Shown here piece by piece: positions 1 through 9,372 of a DNA stretch of 64,000 nt. This DNA comes from Candidatus Eiseniibacteriota bacterium. GTDB lineage: Bacteria; Eisenbacteria; RBG-16-71-46; SZUA-252. Below the pieces are notes generated by a model that worked only from the letters and a program-made list of their open reading frames with translations, made no database searches and was not told the origin of the DNA. The DNA lies in the NCBI GenBank assembly GCA_963703225.1, contig OY969801.1, forward strand, positions 128,001-192,000, read 5' to 3'. Numbering within the stretch: position 1 is the stretch's first letter; each line of letters opens with the position of its first letter. Made by a program: the position numbers and the translations under genes.

Positions 1-1219
1 CGATGACGCGGTGATCGTAGGTCAGCGCCACGTACATCATCGGGCGGATGACGATCTGGTCGTTTACGACGACCGGCCGTTTCTCGATGGCGTGGAGGCC
101 CAGGATCCCGCTCTGCGGCGGGTTGATGATGGGCGTCGAGAGGAGCGAGCCGTAGACGCCTCCATTGGAAATCGTGAAGGTGCCCCCCTTGAGCTCGTCC
201 AAGCTCAGCTTGTTCTCCCTGGCGCGGGCGGCGAAGTCGGCGATCGCGATCTCGATTTCCGCAAAGCTCTTCCGCTCGGCGCCGCGCAGCACGGGGACCA
301 CCAAGCCCTTTCCGCCTCCCACCGCGATCCCGATGTCGTAGTAGTTCCGGTAGATGATCTCCTTTCCACGAATTTCGGAATTTACCTGTGGAAACTGCAT
401 CAGGGCGTCGATCGAGGCCTTGACGAAAAACGACATGAACCCGAGCTTGACGCCGAAGCGCTCCTGGAAGGGCTCGCGTAGCTCTTCGCGCAAGGAGACA
501 ACCTGCGACATGTCGATCTCGTTGAACGTCGTCAGGAGCGCGGCGGTGTTTTGGGCCTCCTTGAGCCGCTCGGCGATCCGAATTCTCATGGGGCTCATGG
601 GGACCGCTTCCTCGATCCGCTCTCCCGAGTCCAACGGCGTGGCCGACGCCGGGGAAACGGCACCAGGGGCGCGGGGAGCCGCGGGCGCCGCCGGAGGCCG
701 GGGCGCCGCCGGAGCCGCGGGCGTGCGCGCGAGGCGCTCGAGGACGTCTTCCTTCAGAATTCGGCCGCCGGGTCCGCTCGGGGCGACGTCGGCGGCGGTC
801 AGGTGGTTCTCTTCCAGGAGGCGCCGGGCGGAGGGCATGACGCGCGGTGCCGGAACCGCACCCGCCGCCGATACCGGTGCTCTGGCCCCGGTCTTCGCGG
901 GGCGCGCTGGCTCCGCGGCTGGGGCCCCGGCGGTTCCGGCGGCCTTGGTGCCGGTCGACTTCGCGGAGGGCTTCGCTCCGTCGCCGTCGCCGATCTCGGC
1001 GATGAGGTCGCCCACCTTGGCGATCTCGCCCTGCTTCTTCAGCACTTTGGCGAGCGTTCCCGAAACGGGCGAGGGAAGCTCGAGGGTCGCCTTGTCGGAC
1101 TCGATCTCGACCAGCGCCTCATCGCGCTCGACGCGATCCCCCTCCTTCTTGAGCCAGGAGCCGATCTGCACCTCCGTGATCGACTCGCCCACTTCCGGAA
1201 CTCGGAGCTCGACCGTCAT
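1..1219 (-). CDS. sucB: 2-oxoglutarate dehydrogenase E2 (dihydrolipoamide succinyltransferase), runs off window start
   Basis: Manual translation from ATG 1219: MTVELRVPEVGESITEV...IESDKA (lipoyl Lys)...GGTFTISNGGVYGSLLSTPIINPPQSGILG...ALTYDHRVI. ATGA overlap with the sucA stop. Not in the ORF track because its stop lies outside the window. Confidence 0.95.
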   Translation of the reverse strand, partial: MTVELRVPEVGESITEVQIGSWLKKEGDRVERDEALVEIESDKATLELPSPVSGTLAKVLKKQGEIAKVGDLIAEIGDGDGAKPSAKSTGTKAAGTAGAPAAEPARPAKTGARAPVSAAGAVPAPRVMPSARRLLEENHLTAADVAPSGPGGRILKEDVLERLARTPAAPAAPRPPAAPAAPRAPGAVSPASATPLDSGERIEEAVPMSPMRIRIAERLKEAQNTAALLTTFNEIDMSQVVSLREELREPFQERFGVKLGFMSFFVKASIDALMQFPQVNSEIRGKEIIYRNYYDIGIAVGGGKGLVVPVLRGAERKSFAEIEIAIADFAARARENKLSLDELKGGTFTISNGGVYGSLLSTPIINPPQSGILGLHAIEKRPVVVNDQIVIRPMMYVALTYDHRVI

Positions 1220-4089
1220 GCGCCGTCGAACGCCGCGGAGAGGAGCCGTTCCTGTTCCACCTTGTGGCTGCTCAAGGCACCGCTCGCCGGAGTGGCCGCC
1301 TCGGGGCGAGAAAGCCCCCGGAGCGGGAAGCGGCCGAAGAGAGTCTCGCCAAAGCGAGCCCTCACGTACCGCCACGCGCCCATGTTCTCCGGCTCTTCCT
1401 GAACCCAGTAGATCGGCGTGCCGTCTCGATAGCCCTCCAGGGCCGACCGGAGCGTCTCCTCGGCCAGCGGGTAGAGCTGCTCCACGCGGACGATGGCCGC
1501 GTCGTCCCGGCCGATCGACTTCCGCTTCTCGACCAGCTCGTAGTAGATCTTCCCGGAGCAAAGCAAGACCCGCTTTGCCTTCCCCGGGCTGACCGAGCCG
1601 TCAGGCAGAACGCGCTCGAACTTCCCACGCGCCAGATCCTCGAGCGGGGAGACGCACGCCGGGTGGCGGAGCAGGCTCTTCGGCGTCATCACCACGAGCG
1701 GCTTCCGCCAGTGGCGCAGCACCTGCCGTCTCAGGCAGTGGAAATACTGAGCCGGCGTCGAGGGGTAGACGATCTGAATGTTGTCCTTGGCGGCGAGGTC
1801 GAGGAAGCGCTCGATGCGGGCGCTGGAGTGCTCCGAGCCCATGCCCTCGAGCCCGTGCGGGAGGAGGAGCACCAAGCCGGAAAGCCTCCGCCACTTCTCC
1901 TCTCCGCTCGCGAGAAATTGATCGACGATGACCTGCGCCGCGTTGGCAAAGTCGCCGAACTGCGCCTCCCAGAGGACGAGCCCGTCGGGCCACTCGATCG
2001 AATAGCCGTATTCGAACCCGAGCACGCCGGCCTCGGAAAGCGGGCTGTTGAGGATCTCGACGGGCGCCTGCTTCGGCGCCAAATGTTCCAGCGGAATGTA
2101 GGTCTGCCCATTCTCCACGTCATGGAGGGCCGCGTGGCGCTGACTGAACGTGCCGCGCGCGCTGTCCTGTCCCGAAAGGCGGACCCGGAATCCTTCCAGA
2201 GCGAGCGTGCCGAACGCGGCGGCCTCGGCGGTCGCCCAGTCGAGCGGCTTTTCACCGCGCGAGTGAGAGAGGCGGAGCTCGAGCCCGCGCTTGATTTTCG
2301 GATGGGCGTGGAACGTGTCCGGGAGCGTCGCGAGGGATTCGAGAACCGAGCTGAGGAGCTTCCGCGCGACGCCGGTCTCCACCTCGGGGACCCCGGCGTC
2401 CGGCCCGCCTCGGTAGCTCGTCCAGGCGCCCCGTGGCTCTTCGACGGGTGGTTTCTTGTCGCCGTTTCGCGCTTTGGAGAGCTCCACCTCCAGACGCTCG
2501 CGCATCCGCTGCGCGATCGCTTCGGCTTCCTCCCGCGCGATCCGCCCTTGGGCGACCAGCTCGTCGCGATAGAGCTCGTGGACCGGGCGCCTCTTCGCGA
2601 TCTCGCGATAGAGCCTGGGCTGCGTGAAGGCGGGTTCGTCCCCCTCGTTGTGGCCGTGCCGCCGGTATCCGTAGAGGTCAATCACCACGTCGCGCTGGAA
2701 CTGCCGCCGAAACTCAAGGGAGAGCCGCACGACGTAGGCAACGGCTTCCGGATCCTCGCCGTTGACGTGGAAAATGGGCACCTGGAGCATCCGCGCGACG
2801 TCGGTGGCGTAGGGCGTCGACCGCCCCTCTTCGGGGAGGGTGGTGAACCCGATCTGGTTGTTCACGATCACGTGGAGCGTGCCCCCGGTGCGGTAGCCGG
2901 CGAGCTGGCTCATGTTCAGCGTCTCCTGGACGACCCCCTCTCCCGCGAACGCGGCGTCGCCATGAATCAAGACTACCATCCCGCGCGCCCGGGCCGCGTC
3001 GCCCACCCGGTCCTGCTTGGCGCGGAGCCGACCGGTCGCGACGGGATTCACGAACTCGAGATGGCTCGGGTTGTAGCAGAGGGAGAGATGCATCGGGTGG
3101 CCGCTGGCGGTGGCCACGTCCGTGCTGTAGCCGAGGTGGTACTTGACGTCGCCACGTCCCAGATAGAGCTCGGGGTCGGCGTCCTCGAATTCGCGGAAGA
3201 TCAGCCGCGGCGGCTTGCCGAGGATGTTCGCGAGCACGTTGAGGCGTCCCCGGTGCGCCATCCCGAGGACGATCTCGCCCAGTCCCAGCGTCGCCCCGAT
3301 TTCGATCGTGAGGTCGAGGAGCGCGATCAGGGTCTCGCAGCCTTCCACGGAGAAGCTCTTCGATCCGATGTACTTCTTCTGGATGAAATCCTCGAAGACC
3401 TTGGCCTCCGTGAGCCGGCTCAGGATCCGAAGCTGCTCTTCGCGGGAGGGGCGCGCGCGGTTTTCGGCCCGCTCCATCCGCTCCTGGAGCCATTCGCGAA
3501 TGCCGGTGTCCTCGATGTGAAGGAACTGCACGCCGACCGGGCCGCAGTAGGTTCGGCGAAGTCGGTCGAGCACCTGCCGGAGCGTCGCTCGGCCGGGCTC
3601 GGCGAGCGGGTCGGCGACCGGCCGATCGAGATCGCGCTCGGTGAATCCAAAGTACTCTGGCTTGAGATCGGGGAGCGTGGGGCGCGGCGCCCCCAGCGGG
3701 TCGATCCGGGCGATCAGGTGGCCGCGCGCGCGGAAGCTGCGGAAGAGGGCCGCGGCGCTTCGCGCGAACGCCGCATCGGCGTCGGGAGCCTGGACACCGG
3801 AGGCGGCGGCGCGTGCCGCCGGGGCCGCCTGCGCCGCGTGGGAGAGACTTTCGTTTTCGTCCGCGTCGAGCGCGTCGGCCGGCGGCCTGGGACGGCCGAA
3901 AAGTCTTCGCTCTGGAAACGAGGGCTTAAGCTGAGGCCGGGCGGCAAACCCGTTCGCCTCGGCGATCCCGTCGAAATACCGGCGCCAGGCGTCCGGTACC
4001 GAGGTGGAGTCCCTCAGGTAGTCGGCGTAAAGAGCCTCCACGAATGGAAGGCTCAGCGTGTTTGGACCCTGCTGTGTCGGTTCGGACAT
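1216..4089 (-). CDS. sucA: 2-oxoglutarate dehydrogenase E1
   Basis: GMAHRGRLN, GDVKYHLG, HGDAAFAGEG (ThDP motif), WEAQFGDFAN, EHSSARIERF; 957 aa; upstream of sucB. Confidence 0.97.
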   Translation of the reverse strand: MSEPTQQGPNTLSLPFVEALYADYLRDSTSVPDAWRRYFDGIAEANGFAARPQLKPSFPERRLFGRPRPPADALDADENESLSHAAQAAPAARAAASGVQAPDADAAFARSAAALFRSFRARGHLIARIDPLGAPRPTLPDLKPEYFGFTERDLDRPVADPLAEPGRATLRQVLDRLRRTYCGPVGVQFLHIEDTGIREWLQERMERAENRARPSREEQLRILSRLTEAKVFEDFIQKKYIGSKSFSVEGCETLIALLDLTIEIGATLGLGEIVLGMAHRGRLNVLANILGKPPRLIFREFEDADPELYLGRGDVKYHLGYSTDVATASGHPMHLSLCYNPSHLEFVNPVATGRLRAKQDRVGDAARARGMVVLIHGDAAFAGEGVVQETLNMSQLAGYRTGGTLHVIVNNQIGFTTLPEEGRSTPYATDVARMLQVPIFHVNGEDPEAVAYVVRLSLEFRRQFQRDVVIDLYGYRRHGHNEGDEPAFTQPRLYREIAKRRPVHELYRDELVAQGRIAREEAEAIAQRMRERLEVELSKARNGDKKPPVEEPRGAWTSYRGGPDAGVPEVETGVARKLLSSVLESLATLPDTFHAHPKIKRGLELRLSHSRGEKPLDWATAEAAAFGTLALEGFRVRLSGQDSARGTFSQRHAALHDVENGQTYIPLEHLAPKQAPVEILNSPLSEAGVLGFEYGYSIEWPDGLVLWEAQFGDFANAAQVIVDQFLASGEEKWRRLSGLVLLLPHGLEGMGSEHSSARIERFLDLAAKDNIQIVYPSTPAQYFHCLRRQVLRHWRKPLVVMTPKSLLRHPACVSPLEDLARGKFERVLPDGSVSPGKAKRVLLCSGKIYYELVEKRKSIGRDDAAIVRVEQLYPLAEETLRSALEGYRDGTPIYWVQEEPENMGAWRYVRARFGETLFGRFPLRGLSRPEAATPASGALSSHKVEQERLLSAAFDGA

Positions 4090-4254
4090 AGTCGTGCGTC
4101 GCTCGTTCCCCTAATCTACTTTGGATGTACGGCGGCCGATAATGATGCCAGAGCCCAGGGTCCTTACACCAGATTAGTCGCTTGATATATCGACGGTTCC
4201 GCCAATTTCAAGAGCCCGCCCGGCAGCCCGGACGGTGGAGGCGAGGATGAGCGC

Positions 4255-5619
4255 ATGCTCCAGAGCATAAATCCGGCAACAGGCCAAGCCATAGCGAGTT
4301 ACGAGGAGACACCATCTTCCAGAATCGCCCAGGTCGCGGCCCAGGCCGAACGCGCCTTCTCGTCCTGGCAAAGGAGCCCGATGGCGGAACGGTCGGCCGC
4401 GATGCGTCGGGCCGCGTCGCTCCTCTTGGAAGGGAAGGATCGATTCGCGAAGTTGATGGCGGTCGAGATGGGGAAGCCGCTCGCGCAGGGGCGCGCCGAG
4501 TCCGAGAAGTGCGCGTGGGGCTGCGAGTACTTCGCGGAGCACGCGGAGCGCTTTCTGGCGCCCGAGGCGATCGAGACCGACGCTCGGAAGAGCTACGTGG
4601 CGTTTCCCCCGCTCGGCGTGGTGCTCGCGGTGATGCCGTGGAATTTTCCCTTCTGGCAGGTGTTTCGATTCGCGGCGCCGGCCTTGATGGCCGGGAATGG
4701 ATGCGTTCTCAAGCACGCGTCCAACGTTTCGGGGTGCGCGCTTGCGATCGAGGAGCTTCTGCGCGACGCGGGGTTCCCCGAGGATTTGTTCCAGGTGGTG
4801 CTTCTTCGCGGCGGGGCGGTGGAGCGAATGGTGGAGTGCCCTGAAATTCGCGCGGTGACGCTGACCGGGAGCGCCGAGGCGGGCCGCGCGATCGCGGCGG
4901 CGGCGGGGCGACTGCTCAAGAAGAGCGTCCTCGAGCTGGGCGGCAGCGATCCCTACGTCGTCCTGGAGGACGCCGACCTGGAATCCGCGGCCGAGATCTG
5001 CGCCGCGTCGCGTCTCGTCAATTCCGGACAAAGCTGCATCGCGGCCAAGCGGTTCATCGTGGTGGAGCGCTTGCGGCGCGCGTTCGCCGAGCGTCTTGTC
5101 GAGCGGATGCGCGCGAGGCGGGTTGGAAATCCGATGGAGCCGGGGATCGACGTGGGGCCCCTCGCGCGGCGCGACCTCCGCGACCAGCTCCACGCGCAGG
5201 TGGTCGAGAGCGTGGGCCGCGGCGCCAAGGTGTTGCTGGGGGGTGAGGTGCCGCCCGGGCCCGGGGCTTTCTACCCGCCGACCGTCCTCGACGACGTCGG
5301 CCCCGGCATGCCGGCGTACGACCAGGAGACATTCGGCCCCGTCGCGGCGATCATTTCGGCGCGCGATGGTGCGGACGCGATCCGGATCGCCAACGACAGC
5401 CACTACGGCCTCGGCGCGGCGATCTTCACGCGCGACGCCGAGCGCGGCGAACGGCTCGCCCGCGAGGCGATCGAGGCGGGATCCTGCTTTGTGAACTCCC
5501 TCGTCCGATCCGACCCACGGCTTCCATTCGGTGGGGTCAAGGAGTCGGGTTACGGCCGCGAGCTGGCCCACTTTGGGATTCGCGAGTTTGTGAACGTGAA
5601 GACGGTCAGCGTGGCATAG
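4255..5619 (+). CDS. NAD(P)-dependent succinate-semialdehyde dehydrogenase (aldehyde dehydrogenase family)
   Basis: MPWNFP, LELGGSDP, catalytic Cys in SGQSCIAAKR, ETFGPV, PFGGVKESGYGRE; 454 aa, Sad/GabD1-like. Confidence 0.9.
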   Translation: MLQSINPATGQAIASYEETPSSRIAQVAAQAERAFSSWQRSPMAERSAAMRRAASLLLEGKDRFAKLMAVEMGKPLAQGRAESEKCAWGCEYFAEHAERFLAPEAIETDARKSYVAFPPLGVVLAVMPWNFPFWQVFRFAAPALMAGNGCVLKHASNVSGCALAIEELLRDAGFPEDLFQVVLLRGGAVERMVECPEIRAVTLTGSAEAGRAIAAAAGRLLKKSVLELGGSDPYVVLEDADLESAAEICAASRLVNSGQSCIAAKRFIVVERLRRAFAERLVERMRARRVGNPMEPGIDVGPLARRDLRDQLHAQVVESVGRGAKVLLGGEVPPGPGAFYPPTVLDDVGPGMPAYDQETFGPVAAIISARDGADAIRIANDSHYGLGAAIFTRDAERGERLAREAIEAGSCFVNSLVRSDPRLPFGGVKESGYGRELAHFGIREFVNVKTVSVA

Positions 5620-5741
5620 AAAGAAGGCCGCCGGACTCGCTGGCGGCCCCGAATCGAGGAGGCGTTGGGGGGTAGCGCCGATCGTCGTAGACTGGTCGGC
5701 TTCGACCGACGCGGACGCACTGCCCAAACCCGGAGCCAGCC

Positions 5742-7700
5742 CTGATCCGTCTGAACGACATCAGTTACTCGATCGGCGCGCGTACCCTCTTCTCCGACAT
5801 CACTTGGACGATTTCGCCGGGAGACCGTGTGGCCCTCGTCGGTCCCAACGGGGCGGGGAAGACGACCCTGATCCGGATCATCCTCGGGGAATACACGCCG
5901 GAATCCGGGTCGAGGGTGGTTTCGCGAGGCACCCGCTTCGGGTACCTCCCGCAGGAGGCCGCGGAGCGATTCGATGGGACCGTCCTCGACCGAGCGATGG
6001 AGGCGCACCGGCACCTCCTCGAGATGCGCGAGGAATTGGACGCCCTCTACGAGAGCTTGAGGGACGTGACCGCGTCGGACCCGACGCTGCCGGCGCTCCT
6101 CGAGCGAGCGGGGGAGCTTCAGCATCACCTCGAGCTGAACGACGAGCACGTCCTCGAGCCTGAGGCCCGCCGGATCCTGGACGGGCTCGGCTTCGCGGCG
6201 GCGGATCAGGACCGGCCGCTGGCGGAATTCTCGGGCGGTTGGAGAATGCGCGCGGCGCTGGCGGCGCTCCTCCTCACCGATCCGACGCTCCTCTTTCTCG
6301 ACGAGCCGACCAACCATCTCGACCTGCCCGCGCTCGAGTGGCTGGAAGACTACCTCGAGGAATTCCACGGCGGGCTGGTGGTGGTCTCGCATGATCGGGT
6401 CTTCCTCGACCGAGTGGCGACCGAGGTGCGCGAGCTGGATCAGGCGACGCTCAGCGAGTACGCGACGAGCTTCACGGGATACTTGGAAGAGCGGGAGGCG
6501 CGCCGCGAGCGTCTCGAAGCGCAGAACGTGCAGGTCGAGAAGAAAATCGCCCAGCTGACCCGATTCGCGGAGCGGTTTGGCGCCAAGGCTTCCAAGGCCA
6601 CGCAGGCGCAGAGCAAGCGGAAGCAGATCGAGCGGCTGAAGACCCAGCGGGTCATCCTTCCGCGGCGGCCGCGCGGCATCCGCTTTCACTTTCCGGCCCC
6701 ACCCCACGTGGGACGGCTATTGGTTCGGCTCAAAGACGCCTCGTTCGGGTACGGCGAACGGGATGTCTTCTCGGACGCATCGATCGAGATCGAGCGCGGG
6801 GAGAAGGTCGCGATCGTCGGCGCGAACGGCGCGGGAAAGACGACCCTCCTGCGCGTCATCGCGGGCCAGCTCGCGCCGCGGGAGGGCGAGCGGGAAATTC
6901 ACCAGCAAGCGCGGCCGGCCTATTTCGCCCAGCACGCGGCCGAGACGCTCGACGGGAAGCTCACCATACTGCAGGCGGTGGAGGAGGTCGCGACCGACGA
7001 CGCCATGCCGCGCCTTCGCTCGCTCCTCGGGAACTTTCTCTTCACCGGGGACGACGTCTTCAAGCTCTGTCGCATCCTCTCGGGAGGGGAGCGTCAGCGG
7101 GTGGCGATCGCGCGACTCCTGCTCCAGCCCACCAACCTTCTCCTCCTCGACGAGCCGACGCACCATCTGGACCTCGCGGGCAAGGAGGTCTTGGAGGAGG
7201 CGCTCGAGCAGTACCCTGGGGCGGTGATCGTGGTGACCCACGACCGCTCGCTCATGGCGCGCCTGGCGACCCGGATCCTCGCGGTCCATGACGGGCGGGT
7301 GACGCTCTATCCGGGCGGCTACGACGACTACGAAGCCGCCCGGCTCAAGGCTGAGGGAGAGAGGGCGGCTGGCGCGAAGGCCGAGCGGGTCGGCGACCGG
7401 GGGCCAGCGGCCAAGGCGAAGAAGGGAGGCGCCAAAGAGGCCGCGGGGCCGAAGCCGGCACCCGCAGCTAGCAAGTCGGAGGCGCGCGCCGCCCAGGCAG
7501 AGGCCCGGAAGCGAGCCAAGGAGGCGGAGACGATCGAGCGCGAGATCGAATCTCGGGAGACGGAGATCAAGAGCGTGGAAATCGAGCTCGCCAACCCCTC
7601 CGTCTTCTCGGACGGAGCGCGGACCAAGGAGCTTCTCCAGCGCTACGAACGCCTCAAGGCAGAGGCGGAGTCGCTCTGGAAGCGCCTCGAGGCGATGTAG
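5742..7700 (+). CDS. ABC-F family ATP-binding protein
   Basis: Two ABC domains (GPNGAGKTT, FSGGWRMR, LDEPTNHLD; GANGAGKTT, LSGGERQR), no TM segments, C-terminal coiled coil. The frame extends upstream to a CTG at 5742 (LIRLNDISYSIG...) preceded by GGAG. Confidence 0.92.
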   Translation: MIRLNDISYSIGARTLFSDITWTISPGDRVALVGPNGAGKTTLIRIILGEYTPESGSRVVSRGTRFGYLPQEAAERFDGTVLDRAMEAHRHLLEMREELDALYESLRDVTASDPTLPALLERAGELQHHLELNDEHVLEPEARRILDGLGFAAADQDRPLAEFSGGWRMRAALAALLLTDPTLLFLDEPTNHLDLPALEWLEDYLEEFHGGLVVVSHDRVFLDRVATEVRELDQATLSEYATSFTGYLEEREARRERLEAQNVQVEKKIAQLTRFAERFGAKASKATQAQSKRKQIERLKTQRVILPRRPRGIRFHFPAPPHVGRLLVRLKDASFGYGERDVFSDASIEIERGEKVAIVGANGAGKTTLLRVIAGQLAPREGEREIHQQARPAYFAQHAAETLDGKLTILQAVEEVATDDAMPRLRSLLGNFLFTGDDVFKLCRILSGGERQRVAIARLLLQPTNLLLLDEPTHHLDLAGKEVLEEALEQYPGAVIVVTHDRSLMARLATRILAVHDGRVTLYPGGYDDYEAARLKAEGERAAGAKAERVGDRGPAAKAKKGGAKEAAGPKPAPAASKSEARAAQAEARKRAKEAETIEREIESRETEIKSVEIELANPSVFSDGARTKELLQRYERLKAEAESLWKRLEAM

Positions 7701-7710
7701 AATATCGGCT

Positions 7711-9369
7711 ATGGATCAAGCCCGGCCGGTACTGCCTTCCCCCACCCCTCGCACGTCGACCCGGAGCCGCTGGCGCTCGCTCCCGCCGGAGCTGCTCCAG
7801 CAGTCCTGCAAGCGGGTTGGGATCATGAGCGTGACGATCGCCGCGCTCTGGGCGATTTCGCTGGTGATGAACAACGTCGTGGCCCCCCTGTTGGGGCACA
7901 ACCATCAGATGCTCAACTCGATGGGGTGGCACATGGCGTGGCCCCATCCGGGCAACGTCATCTCCATCATCGGCCTGGCTTCCGCGCTCGGGGTCTTCTT
8001 CAGCGTTGGGCGCCTCAGCAAGACCCCCCACCGCCTGCTCCGGCTGGCGCTCGTCTTGCAGGTGATCACCGCGGCCCTGGTCGCGACCCTGATGCACTGG
8101 TACCCGGCGTCCGGCGCGGAGTTCGCCAGCTGGCGGATCTCGTGGCTCTGCGTCGTCATTCTCATGTTTCCGGCCGTGGTGCCGTCGACGCCGCTCACCA
8201 CGCTCCTCGTGTCGCTGGCGGTGGCCACGATGGATCCGATCGCGGTCGCGTTGGCCCACGCGCGCGGGGTTCCGATCCAAGCCGACGCGTTCACCCTGCT
8301 CTGGTACTTCCTGCCCAACTACATTTGCGTCGGGCTGGCCTTGGTTCCGGCGAAGATCATCGCCGGGCTGGGACGGCAGGTGAATCAGGCACGGGAGCTG
8401 GGGAACTACCAGCTCGGCGAGCTGCTCGGACGGGGCGGGATGGGCGAGGTCTACCGCGCGCGCCACCGGATGCTCGCGCGCCCCGCCGCCATCAAGCTGA
8501 TCCGCCCCGAAACGCTGGGTGGGGGCAACGTCGACGCCGGAAACATCATGGTCCAACGATTCCGCCGCGAGGCCCAGGCGGCCGCACTCCTCCGCTCTCC
8601 CCACACGATCAGCCTCTACGACTTCGGCCTCACCGACGACGGGGTCTTCTACTATGTGATGGAGCTCTTGGAGGGGCTCGATCTCGAGACGCTCGTCAAG
8701 CGCTTCGGCCCGATCTCGGCGGAGCGGACGGTCTATCTGCTCCGCCATGCCTGCCGCTCGCTGGGAGAGGCGCACGCGAGGGGCCTCATCCACCGGGACA
8801 TCAAGCCGTCGAACATTTTCACCTGCCGGCTCGGCCTGAGCGTGGACTTCGTGAAGGTCCTGGATTTTGGATTGGTGAAGCAGCGCCAGGACGGGCCGCA
8901 GGCGCCGACCGTCCTCCTCACGCAGCCCGATGTGGCCACCGGGACTCCGGCGTTCATGGCGCCCGAAATGGCGCTGGGAGAGTCGACGATCGACGGCCGG
9001 GTCGATATCTACGCGCTCGGCTGCGTCGGCTACTGGCTGCTCACGGGGAGGTTGGTCTTCGAGGCCGATACGCCGGTGAAGATGATGCTCCAGCATATTC
9101 AAAAGGAGCCCGAGCCCGCGTCCCGCTACGCGGAGGTGGAGGTTTCTCCCGAGCTGGATCGGCTCCTCTTACGGTGCTTGGCCAAGAACCCGGCCGAACG
9201 GCCGGGCGACACCCTGACCCTTGCCTCCTCGCTCGCCGAAGTGCCCGTTCGGGAGTCGTGGACCAAGGAACGAGCCGAGCAGTGGTGGAGCGCGCACCTG
9301 CCGGCCGTCGCGCCGTTCACGGTCCTTCGCGAGGAGACCCCGCTCAGCACCGTGCACGCGGCCAAGTAA
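7711..9369 (+). CDS. Hanks-type Ser/Thr protein kinase with N-terminal multi-pass membrane domain
   Basis: About 6 hydrophobic segments, then LGRGGMGEVY, AAIK, HRDIKPSN, DFG, GTPAFMAPE. Confidence 0.92.
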   Translation: MDQARPVLPSPTPRTSTRSRWRSLPPELLQQSCKRVGIMSVTIAALWAISLVMNNVVAPLLGHNHQMLNSMGWHMAWPHPGNVISIIGLASALGVFFSVGRLSKTPHRLLRLALVLQVITAALVATLMHWYPASGAEFASWRISWLCVVILMFPAVVPSTPLTTLLVSLAVATMDPIAVALAHARGVPIQADAFTLLWYFLPNYICVGLALVPAKIIAGLGRQVNQARELGNYQLGELLGRGGMGEVYRARHRMLARPAAIKLIRPETLGGGNVDAGNIMVQRFRREAQAAALLRSPHTISLYDFGLTDDGVFYYVMELLEGLDLETLVKRFGPISAERTVYLLRHACRSLGEAHARGLIHRDIKPSNIFTCRLGLSVDFVKVLDFGLVKQRQDGPQAPTVLLTQPDVATGTPAFMAPEMALGESTIDGRVDIYALGCVGYWLLTGRLVFEADTPVKMMLQHIQKEPEPASRYAEVEVSPELDRLLLRCLAKNPAERPGDTLTLASSLAEVPVRESWTKERAEQWWSAHLPAVAPFTVLREETPLSTVHAAK

Positions 9370-9372
9370 CCC

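Noticed and set aside
655..960. Repetitive GC-rich stretch
   Set aside because: Encodes the ordinary Ala/Pro linkers of the E2 subunit.
4111..4145. GCCGATAA (sigma28 -10 match) upstream of the aldehyde dehydrogenase
   Set aside because: No TAAA at 15-nt spacing; could equally be a sigma70 GATAAT. Ambiguous.
11..4185. Long plus-strand ORFs (e.g. 1264-4185, 354-1592) and many similar antisense or alternate-frame ORFs across the window
   Set aside because: Shadow ORFs of real genes, expected at this GC content; Arg/Pro/Ala-rich with no family motifs.
5625..5650. GC hairpin after the aldehyde dehydrogenase
   Set aside because: No U-tract on the coding strand, and no leader peptide found to support attenuation of the ABC-F gene.
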